Shown: positions 12,543-24,749, counted from the first letter of the stretch. The stretch is 64,000 bases of DNA from Monocercomonoides exilis PA203 (GCA_001643675.2 LSRY02000049.1:248001-312000), one strand, 5' to 3'. A program made the numbers and translations. Notes: generated from the sequence alone by a model not told the origin.

Positions 12543-15500
12543 TTAATATTGTGACGTATTGACAAATAGTGAGTCATGCAACGATTCTTCCATATCGAAC
12601 TCTTCTTCCTCTTCTCCTTCTCCTTCAGCATCAACCTTTGCCTCTTTCCTCTTCTTCCCTCTTATGATGAATGACGGGAAGAACGAGAACACAGATGAAG
12701 GAGCAACTTCAGGAGGAGCCTGCACAGAAGCAACTGAGCCCACAAACGAAGACATCGAAGACATCGAAGGCGAGGAAGAGAGAAGCGAAGGCGACGCACG
12801 CCCTTCTGTGGAGGCAGCACGCACTGCAGCAGGCGATAACGCAGAAGGCACGGACTCAGCAGCTGAATGCAGAGAAGAGAGAGAAGGAGAGCGCGTAACT
12901 GAGCAAGAATGGAAAGTGGAACGAGGACGAGAAAGAGAGCGAGAAAGAGAACGTGAACGAGAATGTGATTTTGATTGTGAGTGTGACAGAGAAAAAGAGA
13001 AAGAATCTTTTCTCTTCGAAGCAAATGAGTCTTCGTCTGAAGAACTTTCTTCTTCTCTTCTGCTTTGCACACTCTTCCTTTTGATCAACTGTTCAGCCAG
13101 ATAAGATTGAAGCTCGGATGAAGAAGAAGAGGAAGAGGAAGAAGATGAAGAAGATGAAGAAGATGAAGAAGATGAAGAAGATGAAGAAGGATGAGGTTTG
13201 GCTTGTGAAGGAGCAGATTGTTTGGACAGAAATTGAGGAGGCCGTATGACACTTGGTGCTGCTGATGAAAGAGGAGGAAAGGGAAAGTTGGCATTTGCAG
13301 AAGGAAGAGGAGGAGCAGGAGGAACAGAGGGAGAAGAAGGAACATGTTTGGCAAATGGATAAGGAGAAGAAGAAGGAAGAGAAGAACCGTATGGGGGAAG
13401 TGAAGGAAGCGAAGAAGGTGGAGAGGGAAGGGGAGGAGGGGGAGGAGGAGCACTGCAAGTAGATTGTGGAAGAGGAGAATGCGAAGCTTGTTGTTTTGAA
13501 AAAACAGGAGAAGATGTTCCCAAGGAATGGATCGAAAGTCCAGGCAAAGGAGAAAGAAGAGGCGGGGCTGGCGGAATGGATGTGGGAGGAGAAGAAGCAG
13601 AAGAGGTTGAAGAAGCAGAAGAAGCAGGCTTTTTAGGAGACACAAGCCGATTGGCCGACTTGCTGCGAGTAGATGCTTCTTTTGGTGCTTGGGGCATCTG
13701 CGAGACAAGAGAAGATCTTCTTGAATGAGCATCTTTTGGAGCTTGTTTTCTGTGAATGTTCTGTTGCAGTTGTTGTTGTGGTGGTTGTTGCTTTTGTGGC
13801 TGTTGCTTTTGTAGCGGTTTCTGTTGTTGATGCTGCATCTGCCTCAGTGGATGTGCCACTTTTGTTGGGGTTGAGGCAGTTGCATCTGGAATGGAAGACG
13901 ATGAAAGAGACTTCACTTTGATAGCTCCTGTTGGCTGGGGCGATATCAATGAAGATGACAGAACAGGATGGCTTGCTGAAGGAATATACGGACGAGCACT
14001 CGAAAAAGAAGAAGAGGAGGAAGAGGAGGAAGAGCGGGAAGAGGAGGAATATGAAGATGAAGATGATGAAGAAGAAGAAGGATAAGATGGAGTATCTTTT
14101 CTCTCTGCGTGCTTTTTGGAGAAGAACGTATTTTGTGGGGATCGTTTCTCTTTGGACAGAATCCGATGACGTTCAATTGATTCTTCATTGGCAGCTCCAT
14201 CTCCTGTATGCACCACCTCCTTCTTCGTTGCCCTTTCTCTCTCCTCTTTCTCTTTCTCTTTCTCTCTTCTCCTCTTCTCCTCTTTCTCTGCTTTCTCCTT
14301 CTCCTTCCTCATCTTCTTCTCCCGCTCCAACCGCTTCTTCTCCTCCTTTGACAGTTCATTGCTTTCCTTCGATGTTCTGAAGAAGTTGCTGATGGAGTTA
14401 AATATCCCCGATATGAGCGAAGGAGATGTTCCTTTTGGTGTATCTGCACTCTTCTTGTGCTGAGCATAATGCTCATCGGGCATGGCACACACTCCTCCTC
14501 CAGCATCATAACTGTCATAACTGCTATAATCACCATAATCATCATAGGAATTGCTTGCTTTGGACATTTTTTGCTCAAGTTGGAACTCTGGTTTGACCTT
14601 CGAACACTCTCCTTCTTTTTCTTCTTCTTTTTCTTCTTCTTTTTCTTCTTCTTTTTCTTTGGCCTTCTTGTATTTTGGCTGTGGTGGTGGAATAGCAAAC
14701 GAAGGGGGTGTGGAAGAAGGCAATGCCTTGGGCGATTTCTTTGGCGAAGAGCTTTTTCTTTTCGATTTTTCAGCCACTCTTTTTCTTTCTGCAAGTTCAG
14801 CTTCTCTTTCTCTTTTGACTGATGCTGCTTTTCTTCTCTCATTCATTAGTCTTTGATCACTGCTGACTTTCCTCTTTTTGTCTTCCACCGCCCATACACC
14901 TTCTTTTTCTTCATCTTTTCCTTCTTCTTCTCTTCTTCTTCTTCTTCTGTTCCTTCTTCTTTCGATCTCCATTTGCTCCATCTCTGCCAGCAGAATCTCT
15001 TCCCTCTGCGCTTCCCACACGAAGTCTATCGCTTCTTTGCCTTCTGCAACGTACCCTGCCCCCAACAATGGCTCAACTTTTGCTCTTTCTTCTTCCTTTG
15101 CTTTCATCTTCATGTTATAATCTTGTAATTGTATTTCTTCTTTAACTTTCTCTTTCTCTTTCTCTTCTTCTTCTTCTTCTTCTTCTTCTTTGAATAATTC
15201 TTCCTCGGCCTCTCGTTCGAATTCGTTGTCTTCTTCTTCGATTTCTCCTTCTTCTTCTCCTTCTTCTCCTTCTGATGATGATGAGGAGGAGGAGGCTTCC
15301 TTGTTTGCTTCCTCCTCCTCCTCCTCTTCTTCTTCTTCTTCTTTTGTTTTTTCTCCACTTACAATAATATGTTCCACCTCCTTTTCCTTTCTCTTTCCTT
15401 CCTCTCCTTCTCCCTCTTTCCCTTTCCCTTTCCCTTTACTTCTCTTTTTCCTTCTCTTCTTCTCTTCTTCTTTCTCTTTCTCTCTTTCTGTTTCAGCAGC

Positions 15501-18176
15501 CTCAACCTTGCGAATAGAGGCAACAGTTGCCATTGTTGTGTCCATCTGCAGTGCATCGTCCATCGTCTTCCCAAGTTCTCCCTCGCTGCCCATTGCAAAC
15601 AAGCTCTTCTGCTGTGCATATTCATCAGCTGGGGGAGATGATAATGATAATGATGATGATGAGAAGAAGGAAGAGGAGGAGGAAGGAGAGGAAGAGGAAG
15701 GAGAGAAGAAGAAAGAAGAAGAAGAAGATGATGATGATGGTTGTAGTTGTGGTTGTGGTGGTGATGAAGAAGGAAAGAAGGAAGAAGAGAAGCCAGACTG
15801 AAGCTGAGAAGGCTCAAAGAATGCAGATGATGGCGGAGGAGCAGAAGAAAAGCCAAAAGAAGGAGCAGGGGCGAATACAGATGAAGAGGAAGAGAAAGAA
15901 GAGGAAGAGGAAGATGAAGATGAAGATGAGGAGGAGGAGGAAAAACCAAAATGAGTTTGTTCGGTTGACTTGTAGACTGGCTGCTGATTGAAAGAAGAAG
16001 AAAAGGGAGAAGAGAAATAATTAGGTTGGGATGAAGCTGATGAAGAAGAAGAAGTCCAAATAGAAGAAGAAGAAGAGGAGGAGGAGGAAGAAGGGAACAA
16101 TGGTGATTGTGATTGTGATGAATAAGACAATGAAGACGCAAAGGGAGACGAGTAGAAAGAGGCTGGGAGAGACGAGGAAACAGAGTCTGTTCCATTGGCA
16201 GGAGGAGGCAGAAGAGGCAGGGTCTTCTGAGAAGACACATCAAAATGAGAAGCAGAAGATGGGAGCGAAACAGCCTTCATCTCAGCCAGTGTGGGCGAGA
16301 TTGTCCCTTCTGAGTGAGTGGACGAGGCATCGCTGCTCCACATTGCGAACGGATTCGCACTCAAATCAGCCTGTTCTTTCGGCTCTTGGGCAATGGAGCC
16401 CCCAATCAATGAAGAAGGTGGATGCGTTGACTGGTTAGTCTGCTGCTCCTGTTGCTGTTGCTGCTTCTGTTCAAACACAGCTATTCCACTTGCATCCAAA
16501 TTGCTTCTTCTCTGGATGACTCCATCACCGCCTTCACCACCGCCGCCGCTATCATCTTCTGCAGAATGCAAAGTAGCGTCTGGCACATGCAGCAGCGTCT
16601 GCCCTCTGCTCAGTGCAGAAGAAGAACTTTCAGACAGATCCATCGTCCTCTCCTGGTTGCTCTTGTGATACAGCGAGTGCGACAGCGTAAGCGCAACCGT
16701 CACGTCTTCCGAGGCAATCGTGGCTGTGTTCACAGAAAAGGAAGATAATTGTGCTTTCCCATTGGAATTGTCATTGATTCCATCGCCTGAGGAAGAGATG
16801 GAGGCTGTGGGGGCATCGGAATCAATAGATGAGTGTGAGTTGTGTGGAGAATGGATTCTTTGGACAGTTTCTTGATCAGTTGCAGTGAAGGCACGCAAAA
16901 TGCATCCGTTTTGGTCTGTTTTGAGTGAAAGTGTTTGAGAAGAAGAAGAAGAAGATGATGATGATGATGATGAAGTGGAGGTGTCTGAAGAGAATGGCTG
17001 GTGATGTGCAGAAGAGGTGGATGTGGTGGAAGAAGAGGTGGAAGAGGAAGATGTAGAAGAAGGAACAGGAGCAAACGGAGAAGGAGAAGGAGAAGTGGAA
17101 GAAGAGGAAGAAGAAGAAGATGATGATGATGAAGAGAACGAGAATGGCAAAGGTGAATTGTGAGGTGTGATGAGCTGAGTAAGAGGCGATGAAGTGCCAT
17201 TTGGAATGGAAGAAGAAGAATTTGCAAGCAGCGGAGAAGCTGATGTGGAAGGGGTATTGTTCGATGAGGTGACCACATGTGAATCCGGCAGAGGAGGTGA
17301 AGGAGACTGCTGCAGCTGCTGTGTCGATTGTGTTCTGAGTGATTGAGGTGCCTTTGTTGCATCAGAGCTGCTCAGCGTCTGTTTGATTGATGTGTCCGCT
17401 TTGCTTAACACAGGAGAGGGGAAAGGGGTTGTATTGTTATTATTGTTATTGTTGTTGTTGTTATTCTCCTTCGACAAGGAAGACGAAGGAGATTTGTCTA
17501 ATTCATTGCCATTGTTGTGGTTATTATTGTTATTATTGTTATTGTTATTGTGGTTAGAGCGATTGACATGGAGCTGGTTGAAGTCTGGGGAGAACGGGTT
17601 GAGTGACGAAAAGAGCTCTGACGAAGGCGGCTGGCGCTCAAACGAAGAGGATGAAGGAGGATGAGGTGTTGACCCGCTGTCAGCAGCTGCGCGGTTGCTG
17701 TCCTTCTTTGTGTCTGAGACAGCGCCTGCTGTCGCAGCAATAGCAGCAATGTCAGCATCTTCTGCATCTGCATCTGCATCTGCCTCAGCTCCTGTGTCAG
17801 CACCAGTAACACCTTCAGCTTCAGCAGACATTCGGAGTCCCGATCCAGCATGTGCCGAGGAATCTGAGTGAGGAGCTGTTTTTACCGCGCTTGCTGTGCT
17901 GTCTGCTTTTCTATCTTCTTCTCTCTTCAGAGCAGACGCTGGAGACATTACTGAAGCTGAAGCTGTGGCTGTGGCAGCAGCAGTAGCTGTCAATGGAGCT
18001 TTCGATGGGGCTGTCACTGCAGCGACAGGTGAAGGCGACAGTGTCAGTGTCAGTGTGGGTGTAGGTGTTGGTGTTGCCACTGTGGTACCTGCTGTTGGCG
18101 TGGCTGTCTGTGCAACTTCGCTGGCTTCACAGATTTTGCTGGCTCTTGTGTTCTTCTGCGACTGCTGTGATGTCAT
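12543..18176 (-). CDS. 1877-aa intronless low-complexity protein (Ser/Glu/Lys/Pro/Asn tracts), function unknown
   Basis: Uninterrupted 5.6-kb ORF flanked by AT-rich intergenic DNA. No globular domain is recognisable. Confidence 0.75.
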   Translation of the reverse strand: MTSQQSQKNTRASKICEASEVAQTATPTAGTTVATPTPTPTLTLTLSPSPVAAVTAPSKAPLTATAAATATASASVMSPASALKREEDRKADSTASAVKTAPHSDSSAHAGSGLRMSAEAEGVTGADTGAEADADADAEDADIAAIAATAGAVSDTKKDSNRAAADSGSTPHPPSSSSFERQPPSSELFSSLNPFSPDFNQLHVNRSNHNNNNNNNNNNHNNGNELDKSPSSSLSKENNNNNNNNNNNTTPFPSPVLSKADTSIKQTLSSSDATKAPQSLRTQSTQQLQQSPSPPLPDSHVVTSSNNTPSTSASPLLANSSSSIPNGTSSPLTQLITPHNSPLPFSFSSSSSSSSSSSSSTSPSPSPFAPVPSSTSSSSTSSSTTSTSSAHHQPFSSDTSTSSSSSSSSSSSSQTLSLKTDQNGCILRAFTATDQETVQRIHSPHNSHSSIDSDAPTASISSSGDGINDNSNGKAQLSSFSVNTATIASEDVTVALTLSHSLYHKSNQERTMDLSESSSSALSRGQTLLHVPDATLHSAEDDSGGGGEGGDGVIQRRSNLDASGIAVFEQKQQQQQEQQTNQSTHPPSSLIGGSIAQEPKEQADLSANPFAMWSSDASSTHSEGTISPTLAEMKAVSLPSSASHFDVSSQKTLPLLPPPANGTDSVSSSLPASFYSSPFASSLSYSSQSQSPLFPSSSSSSSSSSIWTSSSSSASSQPNYFSSPFSSSFNQQPVYKSTEQTHFGFSSSSSSSSSSSSSSSFSSSSSVFAPAPSFGFSSAPPPSSAFFEPSQLQSGFSSSFFPSSSPPQPQLQPSSSSSSSSFFFSPSSSSPSSSSSFFSSSSLSLSSPPADEYAQQKSLFAMGSEGELGKTMDDALQMDTTMATVASIRKVEAAETEREKEKEEEKKRRKKRSKGKGKGKEGEGEEGKRKEKEVEHIIVSGEKTKEEEEEEEEEEEANKEASSSSSSSEGEEGEEEGEIEEEDNEFEREAEEELFKEEEEEEEEEKEKEKVKEEIQLQDYNMKMKAKEEERAKVEPLLGAGYVAEGKEAIDFVWEAQREEILLAEMEQMEIERRRNRRRRRREEEGKDEEKEGVWAVEDKKRKVSSDQRLMNERRKAASVKREREAELAERKRVAEKSKRKSSSPKKSPKALPSSTPPSFAIPPPQPKYKKAKEKEEEKEEEKEEEKEGECSKVKPEFQLEQKMSKASNSYDDYGDYSSYDSYDAGGGVCAMPDEHYAQHKKSADTPKGTSPSLISGIFNSISNFFRTSKESNELSKEEKKRLEREKKMRKEKEKAEKEEKRRREKEKEKEERERATKKEVVHTGDGAANEESIERHRILSKEKRSPQNTFFSKKHAERKDTPSYPSSSSSSSSSYSSSSRSSSSSSSSSFSSARPYIPSASHPVLSSSLISPQPTGAIKVKSLSSSSIPDATASTPTKVAHPLRQMQHQQQKPLQKQQPQKQQPPQQQLQQNIHRKQAPKDAHSRRSSLVSQMPQAPKEASTRSKSANRLVSPKKPASSASSTSSASSPPTSIPPAPPLLSPLPGLSIHSLGTSSPVFSKQQASHSPLPQSTCSAPPPPPPLPSPPSSLPSLPPYGSSLPSSSPYPFAKHVPSSPSVPPAPPLPSANANFPFPPLSSAAPSVIRPPQFLSKQSAPSQAKPHPSSSSSSSSSSSSSSSSSSSSSSSSELQSYLAEQLIKRKSVQSRREEESSSDEDSFASKRKDSFSFSLSHSQSKSHSRSRSLSRSLSRPRSTFHSCSVTRSPSLSSLHSAAESVPSALSPAAVRAASTEGRASPSLLSSSPSMSSMSSFVGSVASVQAPPEVAPSSVFSFFPSFIIRGKKRKEAKVDAEGEGEEEEEFDMEESLHDSLFVNTSQY

Positions 18177-18430
18177 TGTTCGGATGGGAGGCGTTGCAAG
18201 AGATGGATTTGAGAGCGGATAGGTGTTTGGCGAGGATACATCGGCATCTGGTTTTGGTTTGATCTGAATGGATTGGTTTCAATTAGATAGATTGTATATA
18301 TGTGTGGTTTTGATGATGCACATTTCAACATTCAATGGATATTTTAAAAAATGGAAAGAAAAAAGAAAAGAAAAGAAAAGAAAAGAAAAGAAAAGAACCT
18401 AATAAAATAACTTCACAATAGAAATATTAA

Positions 18431-20003
18431 TCACACCTTCCAGTCAAACACTCTCAAATTTGGCGGGATTTTTTCGAGCCACGACTCAAAAGGAGCACTA
18501 AGAACATCATATTTTGGGTCTTCATCGAACGAAAGCGCAGAAACGGAGTCGAAATAAGAGGAGAACTCGGATGGCATCCCTTCGAAAAGGCTCTTTGTTG
18601 AAGTGGATTTTTTGCATTGACTGGAAGTGTGTGAGCCAAATTGCATGTGAAATAAAAAATTATATTCAAATGGAAAAATGGAAAATTGGAAAAATATTTG
18701 ATTTTAAAAAAATGAGCAAAATAAATAAATTAATGAAGAAGAATGTGACAAAATTGACAAGAAATTCCAGATCAAATTTAAAGATATTTTTGAGCAATAG
18801 ACAATTGCAATAAAATAGATTCAAGTCCATTTATTCCATTTTTAGTGAAATTTTTATTATTTAAAAATGATCAAAAAATAACACTAGACACACTAAATTC
18901 TTGAGCATCTCTCTTCAGGGGACATTCGCTCTCGAAACTGCCACGGCAGAGAGCCTTTAAATAGATATGCAAACAGATATCCAAGAGATATCAGATCGTC
19001 TCTTCGTGTCGCTTCAATTTCTTCATGAACGTTCTTTAAAAGGCAAATAAGTGTAATGTTAATGATTGGGAGGGGGGGGGGGGGGACATATTTTTATTTT
19101 TGAATGAAAAAAGAAGTAATACAAAGCATATTCAAAAAATATTAGTTCAATTTGTAGTTTAAAGCATTAATAGTCCTCCAAACAATTGAAATATATCTCA
19201 TCGTTCCAACAAGTCCATGTCTCCTTGCGAATGGGATATGCTTCTGCGTAATAGAGTTTCTATATTCTTTTGATAGGCCAAAGTCAATGACGAATATCAT
19301 TTCATCCATTGATCCAAGTCCAATTAGAAAGTTTTCTGGTTTTATATCACGATGAATCTAAAAAAGGTGCACATCACAACAAAAAAAATGTAAATGAAAG
19401 GAAAGAAGCACACATATCCCATTGAATGAAGCGTTTCTATGCGATTTATCAACTGTATTGCTATTTTTGATACTGTTACAAGTGAGAAGTGCCTCTTTGA
19501 ATGTTTGTGGAGCTCATCCAATGTTGGGCCTAACAATTCCATTACCAAAGCATTGAATTGTTTATTGGTCCAATAATATCGAACCTTAAAATCGGAATTA
19601 TTCTTTTTTAAATGTTAAAAAGTTGCTCAGACCTTTGGATAGCCATGATGATTCATGAATTGTTTATATCTGTGATATTCGTGTTCAAGTTTTGGAGATC
19701 TGCATCTAGATCTCTTAAATGAAATTATGATTAACTAAAAAAATAAATTGAGCTAATTACAACCTCAATTTTGGTAGCATAAAGTTGTCTCGATTGAACA
19801 CTTTCCGTTAAGAAAACTACTCCTAAAAAAAAATTTTTTTTTAAAAAGAAAATTACTGTCAATGCATTAAAGGTGATTGATGTACCGAAAGATCCTTTGC
19901 CAATAAGTTTCAACAGTTTGTACCTATTAGAAATAATATTTGGGAGTTGACTAAATTCTGTCCCTTGAATATCATCTTTAAATGTCGTGCGCAATTGCTC
20001 CAT
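18431..20003 (-). CDS. Casein kinase 1 family Ser/Thr kinase, multi-exon
   Basis: Spliced motifs: [81 protein letters not shown]. The GT-AG introns I traced restore frame. Confidence 0.93.
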
Positions 20004-20557
20004 AATATTTGATTAATGTAATTTTAAATATTGTGGTATTGCAACAAAAAAGCCCTTCAAAGTTATGAAAATCCCCAAATTATTGAATTGTGTGATCATA
20101 ACCACATTTAAATTTCTTTTAGGATTCGAAGAGACAAAATTGAAAATACAAAAATTTTGTATTTAAGTTGAATGGCATCGCATGAAAAAATAAATATCAA
20201 AAAGCATATATAGATATTCAACAAGAAAAATATTGTTTATTGCGGTTTGAATATTCGTGAATAAACCATAAATCCTTTGAGTCAGTTTTTTATTGAAACA
20301 TTCACTCACCGTGAATGTTAGTTACAAAATGTTAGAAATAGGCCTTTGCGACAAACCGACATTTCAAGAGCCTTTCAACAAGTCGACCAACATAAAAGTC
20401 GATTTGTTTTTGACAAATTTTGACATGAAAAAAAAAATTAATATATAAATAAATAAATATAAACCATTTGTTTTTCATAATTATTTGAATATTATTATAA
20501 TATCATTCAGATAATTTTTCATGAAAAAAATTTTATATGGGTCATTATTTTTCATAT

Positions 20558-20735
20558 GGGACGAAATTTATTGCTTTATGAATTTTGTTCCACACAATGC
20601 TTTCAAAGATTTTCTTCAACTTTTTAACATTAAAATTTGTTGTTTTACATGATAACGTTAGAATTATAATTATTCGAAGCAGAGATAGTTTGGAACAAAT
20701 TATTGAATTTTTCATAAATGCAAGAATTTTGACCC
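20558..20735. mobile_element. 178-bp MITE with GGG...CCC ends and 4-bp TSD (ATAT), copy 1
   Basis: Imperfect TIR GGGACGAAATTTATTGCTTTATGAA / TTCATAAATGCAAGAATTTTGACCC, with ATAT on both flanks. Homologous to 51061-51238 and 55153-55329. Confidence 0.8.
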
Positions 20736-21107
20736 ATATCGTAACTTTGTTCGAAGAAAGATCTTTTTTTAAGTAATTATGGTATAATGAGAAAAAAGTC
20801 AAAAATACATGTTTATAAATAAATAGAAAAAGAATCTTGATTGAATTTTTGAAAACCAAGTTAATTTGAGAAAAAATATGAAAATTCCATTATAACATTT
20901 ATTTATTCAGAAATTTTTAATGTTAAAATTATTTAGCATCACAATACCTTTCAATTCCAGTCATTGAAAATTATTGATTATTATTTGAGTTTAATTGAAT
21001 GATATTGCTTTTTTATATGCTTCGAATCACTTATCATTTGTTTTCAAATGAATTATTGTTTTATTAAATTTTGATTCGAAATTGAAAGGTTTTTATTTTG
21101 GAAGCTG
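20705..21107. repeat. Left arm of 403-bp inverted repeat (IR1)
   Basis: Reverse complement of 24347-24749; no mismatch seen by eye. Mirror ORFs 20545-20859(-) and 24595-24858(+) begin with identical translations. Confidence 0.92.
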
Positions 21108-21759
21108 TGTTTTTTTTTGACTTTATTTATATCATGTGCGATATATATCATATTTTTACCAATTCGGGAGGTGACAAGAGAATTAAAATTTGAGGCATTT
21201 TGTTGAGGTTGAAATGGGAAATTATTTCAAAAAGGAAAAGAGAAATTTTGTGAAAGATAAATGTTATTGATAAAATTTTGAGAAGATATGAAAAAAGAAG
21301 AGTTCAGAAACTGCATTACTATATTCAATTGTCTTGTTGTTTTTCATCGTTTTTTATTTGTTATTCGTTTCAAACATTGACATAATTTTATTTATTGAAA
21401 AGATAACTAATTTTGAAAAAAGCAATTCATATATCTTGATGCGAAAAAACATTTGTTTGTGTTTTTTTTGGGATCTTTTTGTTTTTGATAGATTCGATAG
21501 ATGAACTTGTCAAAAAACAAAAAACATTAAATAAACTTTTGCAATTACAATTTTTCAATTCCTATTTACCAGCGTGCAAGTGAAAATGAAGAAAAAAGAT
21601 AAAACTTAAAAAAAAAAGTGAGGTAATTTTTGTTAAATCAATGAATGCCAAAAAGAATCTGTCTTTTTGTTAAGCTTCGTTTTATTCACAAGCACCAGGC
21701 CATTTATTGTTCCTATTCAGTCAGATTTATAAACGTTAAAAAAAATTAAGGAAAAGTCC

Positions 21760-23300
21760 TTATCCACATTCTTTTGCTGTGCATTTCTGGAATTCACAAC
21801 CACTGATCCTCACACATGACGAAATTGATTCAGCAAATATTCCTCCTCCAGAACCGTTTTTTACTGTGCATACATTGAATGAATTGTTCTCAATCTTGAT
21901 TGAATTATTTGTGTAACACATGATTCCTCCCCCAACATAGTTTGCATAGCAGTCGTTGAACCAACAAAATTTCACTGAAAGCGTTCCAGATCCCAGATTA
22001 TACATATTAATCGCCCCTCCACTCGAAACTCCATCTGTATAAGATCCACTTGACCCAGTGGTTTTTGAGCCATTCCACACACACCAGGTGAACGAATTCG
22101 CCCCATTGTCTGTAATCTGCTGTCTCGCTGGTTTCGATGGATTCCCTTCACTTCCACTGATTGCAACATTCTGAGAGCGATAGCACCTGGCAAATGAGGT
22201 GTTTGAGGCATCCAGGGAAGATGAGGGGCTGTTCAGTGGGGGACTATTCCCCCATCATACACATCCCACACCGATGAAAATGTGCACCCACTCATCAGAA
22301 ACGAGGTTTGGCCCAACCCTTCACCCAGATGTGTTGTTTTCTGTGGATTTGTGGAGATGTTGAAGAAGGTTAGCTGGGTAAGTGTCACAAGGGGTGTCAG
22401 GTGAGGTGCTAGAAATGGGGCTGAAGACACACAAAAAGATGAGAAACCAGACTCACTCACCAATACACTCCCACCTTCTCCACTTTCTTCTTCTCTTCCT
22501 TCACCTCTTCCTTCTCCACCTCTTCTTCCTCCGCCTTCTCGTTGTCCCCCTCTCTCTCCTCCTTCACCTCTTCCTCTTCCTCTTCCCCATCCGACTCTTC
22601 CTCTTCCCCCACCTTCTCTCTCACTCATCTTCTGCCCCATCCTCCCCTCTCCTCCAAACAGTCTCCCACACACATTTCCTCCTCTTCCAACCCCTTTCAG
22701 CGTGATGTTCCAAAACACCCCTCTGCACCCGCCCAGTTCAAACACCCCCGCCTCCTTGCCCTCCCCCATCTCCACACCACATCCCTTCACCACAACCACA
22801 TTCCCCTTCATTCCACACGCTATCCTCCCAATTTCATCTCCAATCAGCTCAATCCCCTTCAACTCAACCATCATGCTCCATAACTCCCTCACAAAAAAAT
22901 ATCTCATCTTCTTCCTTTTTCCAACTTTTCTTCAAATGTCTCTAAATAATCATATCTCTGATTTTCCCGCTCCCTTCTTTCTTCGCCTCCATCAGATTTT
23001 CATAAAATTTTCTCTTTCAATCGAACTTCCAAAAAAAATGTCTTTTTCTTCTCAATCATTTGCCAAATTTCTTCTTCTGCTGCATCATCAATCCCTTGAT
23101 CTCATTTTCGGCTTTTAACAAGATTCGTCCTATATGTCTTCCCAAACCTTCAAAAATTTTTTATCTTCTTTTCCATTCATCTCATTTATATTTCACGCCC
23201 CCTCACTCCTCCAAGCGCCCCTTCAATTATTATTTCCTGACTTCTTTAATGCATTTTATATCCTCTCTTTCCTTATTCTATAGGCATATATTCACAGTAA
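21760..23300 (-). pseudogene. Truncated N-terminal relic of the beta-helix surface-protein family (relative of 38102-47974)
   Basis: SGFSSFCVSSAPFL...TFFNIST...MSGCTFSSVWDVYDGGIV matches SFSSFTFSPTAPLL...SFCNVTS...MQSCVFEEVSAPFDGGIT of the large gene, followed by GGAI/GGGI repeats. Frameshift near 22235, abrupt end near 21760, decayed 5' part (upper bound approximate). Confidence 0.75.
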
Positions 23301-24346
23301 ATATACCTGAAAAAATATTCTAATTTCAACAACAATAATAATTAATGATAAAAAGCACAAATATAAAAAATACAAACCTATATCTTTTATGATGACCATT
23401 CTTCACTGATTTTCTTCTCCTCCTCCGAATATTGTTCCGTTCTGCCAACAAAACCCATCTTCTCCTTCTTCGATTACTTTCTGCTTCCTGAAATAAATAT
23501 TGATCAAAGTCCAAACTTCTGTTCTGATTCTGTAAAAAATAATTTTAACTTCAAAATTCATTTAAATATACGAGGAAGAAGGCGAAGAAGAGGAAAAGGA
23601 AGACGAAGAAGACGAAGACGAAGACGAAGAAGACGAAGAAGAAGAAGAAGAGAAGAGGAAGAAGAAGAAGAAAGAGAAGAGGAAGACGAAGAATGGCAGA
23701 TTCTGCATGTTCAATTGCTATTTGCAGTGCAGTCGCATTTGGAATGTCAAACTTTGTTCGGCAGATGTACATTATGGAGCAATGCATGAATATTTAGAAG
23801 TGATGAAGAGAAGTTGTTTCTGAAGGTGCTGAGTGTGGAGAGTGAGAGAGAGAGAGAGAATAAAAAGGAAGAGAAGAAAGAGAAGAAGAAGAAGAATATT
23901 GTCCAGTATGAATCTAATGGATATGTTTGATTGATAGAAGTAATTAGAACGAACCAAAGGAATTCAAATATTGTTTCTTTTTCTTCTTCTTCTCTTCAAA
24001 TATGTCCAGTATTGAGTGTGTAAAAATTATGGACTTTTAATTATAATCGTTCTTTTTTTCCTCCTCCTCCTTCTTCTTTAAATTCTTCTTCTAATTCTTC
24101 TCTTTTTTCTTCTTCTTCTTCGTCGTCATCATCATTAACATTATCTCCTTTTTCTCCATTTTTTCTATCAATTCCAATAACAATACTTATTTTAATTATA
24201 TTTCTTTTACATCTCTTTCTTCTTTTTCATTTTCTTCATATTGTATCTACTGCTTTGTATATAATAACATTTCGTTTTTAATATTTTCTAACACGCAATA
24301 AATCTAAAATAAATCGTTCTAAACATTCAAAAAGTCTAATAAAAAG

Positions 24347-24749
24347 CAGCTTCCAAAATAAAAACCTTTCAATTTCGAATCAAAATTTAATAAAACAATA
24401 ATTCATTTGAAAACAAATGATAAGTGATTCGAAGCATATAAAAAAGCAATATCATTCAATTAAACTCAAATAATAATCAATAATTTTCAATGACTGGAAT
24501 TGAAAGGTATTGTGATGCTAAATAATTTTAACATTAAAAATTTCTGAATAAATAAATGTTATAATGGAATTTTCATATTTTTTCTCAAATTAACTTGGTT
24601 TTCAAAAATTCAATCAAGATTCTTTTTCTATTTATTTATAAACATGTATTTTTGACTTTTTTCTCATTATACCATAATTACTTAAAAAAAGATCTTTCTT
24701 CGAACAAAGTTACGATATGGGTCAAAATTCTTGCATTTATGAAAAATTC
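24347..24749. repeat. Right arm of 403-bp inverted repeat (IR1)
   Basis: Reverse complement of 20705-21107. Its outer end cuts the duplicated 178-bp MITE after about 31 bp. Confidence 0.92.

Noticed and set aside
20545-20859. Recurrent short ORFs ending WNKIHKA (also 51054-51245 and 55127-55369) as a small protein family
   Set aside because: They are translations of the 178-bp MITE. Similarity stops at the TSD-defined ends and most start codons are non-ATG.
20705-24749. IR1 as the TIRs of a Pack-MULE-type transposon
   Set aside because: No TSD, no typical terminus, and the boundary falls inside another element; kept as an inverted duplication.
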